In this document: piece after piece, positions 26,363 through 32,000 of the stretch
How the letters are laid out: the number at the start of each line of letters is the position of its first letter
How positions within the stretch are numbered: the first letter of the stretch is position 1
Assembly: GCA_001430755.1 (NCBI GenBank)
Contig: CP013062.1
Span: forward strand, 1,170,001-1,202,000
Length of the DNA stretch: 32,000 bases
Source of the DNA: Candidatus Peribacter riflensis
GTDB lineage: Bacteria; Patescibacteriota; Gracilibacteria; Peribacterales; Peribacteraceae
Direction: 5' to 3'
Notes under the pieces: model-generated
Database searches by the model: none
Seen by the model: the letters and a program-made list of their open reading frames with translations, nothing else
Told to the model about the DNA's origin: nothing
Program-made: the position numbers and the translations under genes

Positions 26363-26624
26363 GGTCGATAAGAAACTTGCCCGAATGTCGCCGCAAGGCG
26401 CAGCACTAAGGAATCAGCCGTGTTGAAGTAAACAGATCACTTCTATCTTTCAGAGTTCCTATAAGTAGAAATATCAGCGTTGTACAAAACCAAGTGTAAA
26501 ACGTCGCTATATGCTGGAACATCCCATGCATCCCCTATGCCGCAAGGTACGGGGTGGGGACAATCAGCAGGAAACATCAGCATCATGCTGGTGGCTCCTC
26601 AGAGACTACACGCGACGGGACGAG

Positions 26625-26710
26625 CGAAGAATTAAGAAGTAAGAATTAAGAATTATGAAAAAGGAATTGTTATTTATTCCTTCATTCTTAATTCCAAATT
26701 CATAATTCCC
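26625..26710. repeat. R2: AT-rich hairpin repeat, intron copy 1
   Basis: CGAAGAATTAAGAAGTAAGAATTAAGAATTATGAA-AAAGGAATTGTTATTTATTCC-TTCATTCTTAATTCCAAATTCATAATTCC, preceded by GGGACGAGCG. Confidence 0.75.
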
Positions 26711-26800
26711 CCTCGTTCATGATATAGTCCGATCCCTGTGGCGACACAGGGTGGGAGTGAAAACGCCTCCCGACCTGATTCATTTCGAATCGGGGAACGA

Positions 26801-26878
26801 GCGAGAAGAAAGAAGTAAGAATTATGAATTAAAGAATAGATAATATTCTTTATTCTTAATTCCTTATTCCTCATTCTG
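26801..26878. repeat. R2: AT-rich hairpin repeat, intron copy 2
   Basis: GCGAGAAGAAAGAAGTAAGAATTATGAATTAAAGAATAGATAATATTCTTTATTCTTAATTCCTTATTCCTCATTC, preceded by GGAACGAGCG. The same flank occurs at intron copy 1, which suggests a tandem duplication. Confidence 0.75.
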
Positions 26879-26934
26879 GTCTGTGCGCTCCGGTTTCAAT
26901 CGGAGTCTCGTCTTACCAACGAGGGAACACGCGC

Positions 26935-27052
26935 CACAAATTCCATTCGGAAATAACGCGCCGAAGGCAAGCTCCGCTTGCCTGGAGGCGCAACCGCCGA
27001 AAGGGAAAGGGTGGCTCGTGGAGGGAAAACCGCGAGGTTTTCCATTCACGCC
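26935..27052 (-). repeat. R3: ~115-nt two-hairpin element, copy A (inverted, forms the 3' end of the intron)
   Basis: The reverse complement reads GGCGTGAATGGAAAACCTCGCGGTTTTCCCTCCACGAGCCACCCTTTCCCTTTCGGCGGTTGCGCCTCCAGGCAAGCGGAGCTTGCCTTCGGCGCGTTATTTCCGAATGG. It is collinear with copy B, with most positions matching by eye (not counted). Confidence 0.75.
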
Positions 27053-27616
27053 TAGTGAAGTTCCGACCCGCACGAATGGTACAACGGTCTGGGCACTGTC
27101 TCGACGCGAGACTCGGTGAAATTGCAATCCTGGTGCAAATGCCAGGTAGATCACGGAAGGACGAAAAGACCCTATGAAGCTTTACTATAAGCTGGCATTG
27201 CATTGTTAGTTTGCTTGCGCAGCATAGGTGGGACCCTCTGAAGCCGGGACTTTGGTTTCGGTGGAGGGGCCAGTGAGATACCACCCTTGCGTTCTGACGA
27301 TGCTCACCCCTCGGCATATACTCCGAAGGGGACAGTGCTTGCCGGGTAGTTTAACTGGGGCGGTTGCCTCCTAAAGCGTAACGGAGGCGCACAAAGGTCA
27401 ACTAGCGCCGGATGGAAATCGGCGTTGTCGTGTAATCGCACACGTTGGCCTGACTGCGAGGCTTACAGGCCGAGCAGAGACGAAAGTCGGTGATAGTGAT
27501 CCGGCACCCGAGCGTCTAACCACGCTCTTCCCACGTGGGTGGGGTGTCGCTCAACGGATAAAAGTTACTCTAGGGATAACAGGCTGATCGCTCCCAAGCG
27601 CCCACAGCGACGGAGC

Positions 27617-27675
<59 letters not shown>

Positions 27676-27688
27676 TGGCTGTTCGCCA

Positions 27689-27733
<45 letters not shown>

Positions 27734-27848
27734 TGGCCTCTATCCTCCGTGATCATTTGGGGACGTGAAAGACGCTGCTCCTAGTACGAGAGGACCGGAG
27801 TGGACGAACCTCTGGTGAACCTGCTGTCGCGTCAGCGGCAACGCAGGA

Positions 27849-27898
<50 letters not shown>

Positions 27899-28220
27899 CT
27901 CTTGAGATTGCGTCCCCCCATAAGCCCGCCGGAAGACGACCGGCTAGATCGGCCGCAGGTGTACGTACAGCAATGTACTTAGCCGAGCGGTACGAACGGG
28001 CAATTGAACGTTTTTCTTTTCGTACATTTGTACGAAGGATCCTGAGCGACCCCGCGTCAGCGGGGGAGTCGAAGGGTCTGTGCTGTTTACGTGTTACAGG
28101 CTCTGTATCCAAAGTCGGGTGCAGGGCAGGAGCGTGCAGGATGTGCGCACACGGCACGTCGTTCGCGAACGACGTGCCACGCCTGCGCATCATTCCGTTC
28201 TTTTCATTCAAAAGCCCAGT

Positions 28221-28339
28221 GTCCTGGTGCCTTTAGCGGCGGGGTCACACCTGTTCCCATCTCGAACACAGCAGTTAAGCCCGCCAGCGCCGATGGTAGT
28301 AGTCCTTAAGTGGCTGCAAGAGTAGGTCGGTGCCAGGAC
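28221..28339 (+). rRNA. rrf: 5S ribosomal RNA
   Basis: GTCCTGGTGCCTTTAGCGGCGGGGTCACACCTGTTCCCATCTCGAACACAGCAGTTAAGCCCGCCAGCGCCGATGGTAGT...GAGTAGGTCGGTGCCAGGAC. The terminal helix is GTCCTGGTGCC/GGTGCCAGGAC. The conserved CCGAAC-like and GCGCCGATGGTAGT blocks are present. Confidence 0.93.
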
Positions 28340-28355
28340 AGTGGGCTTTTTTAAT

Positions 28356-28470
28356 GGCGTGGAAGGCAAACCTTGCGGTTTTCCTTCCACGATCCATCCT
28401 TTCCCTTCAGTTGTTGTGCCTCCAGACGGGCAAAGCCCGTCTTCGGCACGTTTATTTCAAATTGGTTTGT
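28356..28470 (+). repeat. R3: ~115-nt two-hairpin element, copy B (immediately 3' of 5S rRNA)
   Basis: GGCGTGGAAGGCAAACC-TTGC-GGTTTTCCTTCCACG (hairpin 28358-28391), then ATCCATCCTTTCCCTTCAGTTGTTGTGCCTCCAG, then ACGGGC-AAA-GCCCGT, then CTTCGGCACGTTTATTTCAAATTGG. A partial second copy of the 3' module (CTTCGGCATGTTCATTTCA) follows at about 28497-28515. Confidence 0.75.
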
Positions 28471-28547
28471 TCTTGTTTATTTTTTGGCCACCCAGCGCTT
28501 CGGCATGTTCATTTCATTTGTTTGTTGTCTCTGTTTTGTTTGTGTGC

Positions 28548-28569
28548 ACCGCATCGTCGCGGTTTTTTT
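28548..28569 (+). terminator. Rho-independent terminator ending the rRNA unit
   Basis: ACCGC ATCGTC GCGGT followed by TTTTTTT (28563-28569). The stem is short, so confidence is moderate. Confidence 0.5.
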
Positions 28570-28679
28570 GTATACGGAAATTCCTCTATTGAGTGCCATC
28601 CAATATTTTCCGCTCTCTGCAAGAAGCCGCACAATCGGAAGTCCGTACGGTGTGGTAAATTACGCTAAAACTTGAATGT

Positions 28680-29234
28680 ATGCAGTTTCCGCGACTCACA
28701 TCGATGGCACTGGGAATCGGAGTGATCGCAGTGAGTGCACTGGGAACGGTCGGGTGGAAAAACTTGGGAAATCTGTGGGGGGCACAGATACAACAAACAC
28801 CGAATTGTCCGCATACTATTCGTGTCTGTGGAGGTTTAGCGCAGGACGTGCAAATGATAGGACCGGATTGCGACATTATTCCTCCCTGCACCGAATTCTG
28901 CGGCAATGGCGCTGTTGATGAGTGGGAGCAGTGCGGGGAGCCGACGCTCTCTTGTGCTTCAAATCAGAATTGCGTTGGTTGCCTATGCCTTCCACTGGGC
29001 ACAGGCGAGGGGCCGACATTCCCCAATGTCAGAGTTTGTTCTGTGGTCCGGCAGTGTCCCGATGGCACACCTCTTCTGCCACGTCCCTTCTGTGAATTTG
29101 GCCAGTGTCCCCAGTGCGGCAACTGGGCTCTGGATCCGGGTGAAAGCTGCGAAGTGGGTGTGTGCTGCCCGCTTGGCAAAGTGTGCGATGTGCATATGTG
29201 TGTCTGTGTTGAGCCCTCCGGTGGCGGCCCATAG
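28680..29234 (+). CDS. Small membrane-anchored/secreted cysteine-rich protein (184 aa, 24 Cys)
   Basis: The N-terminal anchor is MQFPRLTSMALGIGVIAVSALGTVGW. Then come Cys-rich modules including CGNGAVDEWEQCGEPTLSC and CPQCGNWALDPGESCEVGVCCPLGKVCDVHMCVC. The CGNG..D..E.C pattern matches Myxococcus-type cysteine-rich repeats. Confidence 0.7.
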   Translation: MQFPRLTSMALGIGVIAVSALGTVGWKNLGNLWGAQIQQTPNCPHTIRVCGGLAQDVQMIGPDCDIIPPCTEFCGNGAVDEWEQCGEPTLSCASNQNCVGCLCLPLGTGEGPTFPNVRVCSVVRQCPDGTPLLPRPFCEFGQCPQCGNWALDPGESCEVGVCCPLGKVCDVHMCVCVEPSGGGP

Positions 29235-29237
29235 CGT

Positions 29238-32000
29238 ATGAGTATTTTCTCCCGTTTCCGGCTGCGTACAGGGGGCCCTCTCGGGTTCCGGTGGGTTGTG
29301 GCGGCAGCGGTGCTGCTTGCCGCAGTGGCAGCGGTGCCGTCTTATCGCACCTGGAAGGGGCAGATCACCACGTCCTGCACCTGTACCAAATGCCAAAGCC
29401 CGGTGTTGCAGGATGATTTCTCGTCTCAGTCTGTGACAGCGTCTCTGTGGAATATGACTACGTCCTACTGGAGCTCTGAAAATGGCGGTGTGATAGTGCT
29501 CAATCCTCCGCAGGACAGTGTGGATGCGAACTTCGGTCCGAAGACGAATCCCATCGCCAATTCCATGAACTGGAGAGTGGAGTACAGCGTGAAGATTTCG
29601 GATCCCGATTGGAATGGGTACGCCGATGGGGTTGCCCTCATGTTCCAGCGTGGAGCCTCAGGAACGCGGTACTACGCCGTGGAAATCGATACCCACTACA
29701 ATACCAGCAACGGCTTTACTGATTACTCCGCGCCGCACCTCGCCTTGAACTACGGCACAACCGGAGGGGAGAGCTTCATCGGGAATCACGTGTCGCACAC
29801 GAGTGTTTCGAATGTGACGAATGGGTCGTTCCATACCGTGCGTATTGACTACGACAACGGACGAATGGCTGTGTACTTCGACGGCTCCAAGAAGATCGAT
29901 ACCACGATCAATGTGGCCGCAGCGCAGGGGATTCTATGGTACGGCTACACGGGGGCGGTCCATCAGAAAGCGGTGATCGACAACGTGAAGGTCTGGGATT
30001 TCGACTGTCCTGTCTGCGGCGATGGCACACGCGAAGATCCGGAACAGTGCGACAATGGGGGAAACAATGGCACAGCCTGCACTCCGGCCTACAGTTCTTC
30101 TTGCACCTATTGTTCCTCCAGCTGCACCAATGTCACTCTTCAGGGGCCACGGTGCGGGGATGGGACGCGCAATGGCAGCGAGCAGTGTGACGGATCATCG
30201 ACCCCCTGTGGTTCAGGCAAGATGTGCAACAGTTCATGTCAATGTGTTGCCACCACTCAATCCTGTCTCTCAGAAGGCCAGAATGGGGTTTTTCCGTGGG
30301 CTTCGGTCACCACGCCTCTGTCGTGTTGTACCGGATTGAATCCCACAGGAAATGTTTCCGTAATCGGTCCGGGACAGTGCGGGAATCTGGGATCGACATT
30401 CGTCTGCACGTATTGTGGCGATGGTCAGTGTGAGTGGAACGAAAATGAATGTAATTGTTCCAATGATTGCGTCGCACAACCGTTCTGCGGTGACGGCACG
30501 CGCAATGGCAGCGAGCAGTGCGATAACGGCGCGGCGAGCAACGGAACGGCTTGCACCCCCGCCTACGGGTCAACCTGCACGTACTGCTCTTCGAGCTGTA
30601 CCAATGTCACGCTCCAGGGGCTGCGGTGCGGAGATGGTTCTTGTACCGATGGTGAGCACTGTGGCAATTGTGTCGCAGATTGCGTCTGCCAGGGAGGGTA
30701 TTTCTGCGCCGTCGATCAGTGTATTCCCGATAACATGATCCGCTGCGACATCGGCGATACCTGCTTGAACAGCGCAACGTGTTGCTATGACGAGGTCTCG
30801 CATGTGAATAGCTGTTGCCCCAATGTTGATTCCACCTGTTGCGGGGGGAATTGTTGCCCGACGGTCGGCGGCATGTTCCGGTGCGAAAACAACCAGTGTA
30901 TTCCGGTGCAGTCTTTCTCCTCCTCCTTCTCCTCCTTCTCCTCCTTCTCTTTCATCCCGCCAACGAAGTATGGCGTGACCGTCACGGGGATCCCCGCCGT
31001 CGCCTATCCCAACAGGACCTATACAGTCACGATCAGTCTTACGAACAAGACATCCCAGCAAAAGAACTTTGCCCTGACACCCAGTAATGCTGTCATTCCA
31101 GAGCCGGGTGCGCCTCCCTTGGTGTTCAACTTCGCATCCAATCTGACGTACAGTTGCTATGGCAGCAATACGGATTACATTACCTGTGGAAACTATCCAT
31201 TGGCCCCCCAGGCAACGAAAACAATCCAGGTTTCCGCAACGACGGCGGCGAACTGCGTAGCAGGCCAGACACAGGGGCAGGGTATCTTTGCCATTCAGGT
31301 CAGTGATGGCACGCTTCAGGAGCCCTACGTGCTGCAGTCCGTGACCGAATACTGTGTGGCAGCCGGATGCGGCAACGGCGTGTGGGAGACCGGCGAGGGG
31401 TGCGAAGACGGGAACACGACGAGTGGCGACGGTTGCAGCGCCACCTGCGTGACAGAGTGTGCCGATACGGACGGCGGCAATGACCCCCTCGTGAAGGGAA
31501 CGGCGACGCATTGGGCCTGTTTTAATTCGCCTGGACAGCCCACATGCGGCCTGCGGCCATTTGCAGAGACAGACTCCTGTAATGGGTCTCTCTATACCGA
31601 GTGGTACTGCGATGCAGGAACCCGGAGAATCAAGGGCGATGGTGACAGGCAGTGCCCTGCCGGGAAGACATGCGTCGGTGGGGCGTGCGTCGTGGGGGCG
31701 TCTCCTTCCTCCTCGGTGTCTGCAGTGTGCGGCAACGGCGCCAAGGAGGGCACTGAACAGTGCGACAACGGCGCTTCGAACGGCCAAGCCTGTACTCCTT
31801 CTACTGGCGGCAGCTGCTCGTACTGTTCCGCCAGTTGCACCACTGTGACGTTGCAGGGTGACTCCTGCGGTGATGGATTGGTCAGTTCCGGCGAGGTGTG
31901 CGATACCCAAGGGCCTCCGTATCCGGGCTGCCCCGCAGGCGATACGTGCTACCAGTGCACCAATTGCGTGCGGTGCGGCAACGGCGTCATAGACCCCGGC
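29238..32000 (+). CDS. Large secreted cysteine-rich protein with L-type lectin-like domain and Myxococcus-type cysteine-rich repeats (partial, >921 aa, runs off right edge)
   Basis: Own translation in the frame of ATG 29238 gave no stop through 32000; the ORF is not in the track. The N-terminal anchor is FRWVVAAAVLLAAVAAV. Lectin-like motifs are ADGVALMFQ, YYAVEIDTHYN, PHLALNYG and FHTVRIDYDNGRMAVYFDG. Three ~45-aa repeats follow the pattern CG(D/N)G..(x5)EQCDNG..NG.ACTP....C.YCS.SCT.VTLQG..CGDG. A canonical CGNGVWETGEGCEDGNTTSGDGCSATC module is also present. Confidence 0.8.
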   Translation, partial: MSIFSRFRLRTGGPLGFRWVVAAAVLLAAVAAVPSYRTWKGQITTSCTCTKCQSPVLQDDFSSQSVTASLWNMTTSYWSSENGGVIVLNPPQDSVDANFGPKTNPIANSMNWRVEYSVKISDPDWNGYADGVALMFQRGASGTRYYAVEIDTHYNTSNGFTDYSAPHLALNYGTTGGESFIGNHVSHTSVSNVTNGSFHTVRIDYDNGRMAVYFDGSKKIDTTINVAAAQGILWYGYTGAVHQKAVIDNVKVWDFDCPVCGDGTREDPEQCDNGGNNGTACTPAYSSSCTYCSSSCTNVTLQGPRCGDGTRNGSEQCDGSSTPCGSGKMCNSSCQCVATTQSCLSEGQNGVFPWASVTTPLSCCTGLNPTGNVSVIGPGQCGNLGSTFVCTYCGDGQCEWNENECNCSNDCVAQPFCGDGTRNGSEQCDNGAASNGTACTPAYGSTCTYCSSSCTNVTLQGLRCGDGSCTDGEHCGNCVADCVCQGGYFCAVDQCIPDNMIRCDIGDTCLNSATCCYDEVSHVNSCCPNVDSTCCGGNCCPTVGGMFRCENNQCIPVQSFSSSFSSFSSFSFIPPTKYGVTVTGIPAVAYPNRTYTVTISLTNKTSQQKNFALTPSNAVIPEPGAPPLVFNFASNLTYSCYGSNTDYITCGNYPLAPQATKTIQVSATTAANCVAGQTQGQGIFAIQVSDGTLQEPYVLQSVTEYCVAAGCGNGVWETGEGCEDGNTTSGDGCSATCVTECADTDGGNDPLVKGTATHWACFNSPGQPTCGLRPFAETDSCNGSLYTEWYCDAGTRRIKGDGDRQCPAGKTCVGGACVVGASPSSSVSAVCGNGAKEGTEQCDNGASNGQACTPSTGGSCSYCSASCTTVTLQGDSCGDGLVSSGEVCDTQGPPYPGCPAGDTCYQCTNCVRCGNGVIDPG

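Larger units (their letters stand above)
26363..27057 (+). mobile_element. Group I intron (ORF-less, 695 nt) in 23S rRNA after the E. coli U1951-equivalent
   Basis: Excising 26363-27057 restores CCTTGTCGGGT|AAGTTCCGACC. The 5' exon ends in U and the intron ends in G. The guide sequence GCCCG (26379-26383) pairs with exon CGGGU, with a U.G wobble at the splice site. GCAA-capped hairpins lie at 26389-26400 and 26532-26554. The core-like CAGAGACTACACG is at 26600-26612. No endonuclease-like ORF is present. Confidence 0.8.

Noticed and set aside
29232-29240. An in-frame TAG, a single CGT codon, then ATG between the two Cys-rich ORFs. This could indicate stop-codon readthrough, recoding, or a split single gene.
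   Set aside because: All other genes in the window terminate normally under the standard code, with TGA, TAA and TAG all used as stops and no in-frame stops in conserved genes. The downstream ORF also has its own basic-plus-hydrophobic N-terminal anchor. Two adjacent genes is the simpler reading.
30570-31910. The 446-aa minus-strand ORF, the longest track entry at the right end.
   Set aside because: The plus-strand frame starting at 29238 is open across the whole region and encodes coherent lectin and Cys-repeat modules. The antisense translation is Ala/Arg/Gly-rich with no motifs.

Overview
GC-rich bacterial chromosomal window using the standard genetic code. The rRNA insertions, small structured repeats and gene content suggest an uncultivated, possibly CPR/Patescibacteria-like lineage, but that is inference only. 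Left to right:
- a metal/sulfur-handling cluster: membrane protein, CDF transporter, DUF302, Met-rich SHOCT protein, DsrE-like protein
- tRNA-Asp, overlapped by a small GIY-YIG gene
- gatC-gatA, rnpA-yidC and a class I aldolase
- two csrA genes, the first a tandem CsrA-CsrA fusion
- cysS, then about 1 kb of structured non-coding DNA
- a 1431-aa S-layer protein with three SLH domains
- a FemAB-family transferase and an Fe/Mn SOD
- a stand-alone rpoB (no rpoC), possibly with a Lys/Pro/Ala-rich N-terminal extension
- two tandem ssb paralogs
- a 23S-5S rRNA unit with no 16S gene

The 23S gene is about 4.0 kb. It carries an ORF-less group I intron at the U1951-equivalent site and two roughly 190-nt helix-tip expansions.

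Three small repeat families run through the window:
- R1: a 35-nt GC-rich palindrome, 2 copies
- R2: AT-rich AAGAATT-type hairpins, 5 copies, 4 of them inside 23S
- R3: a roughly 115-nt two-hairpin element, 3 copies, one inverted inside the intron

The right end encodes two secreted cysteine-rich proteins. The second is longer than 921 aa, runs off the window, and is absent from the ORF track. It has an L-type lectin-like domain and Myxococcus-type cysteine-rich repeats.

Most long antisense ORFs in the track look like GC-driven artefacts. All coordinates of RNA features, repeats, promoters and terminators come from reading the sequence by eye and are approximate to a few nt.
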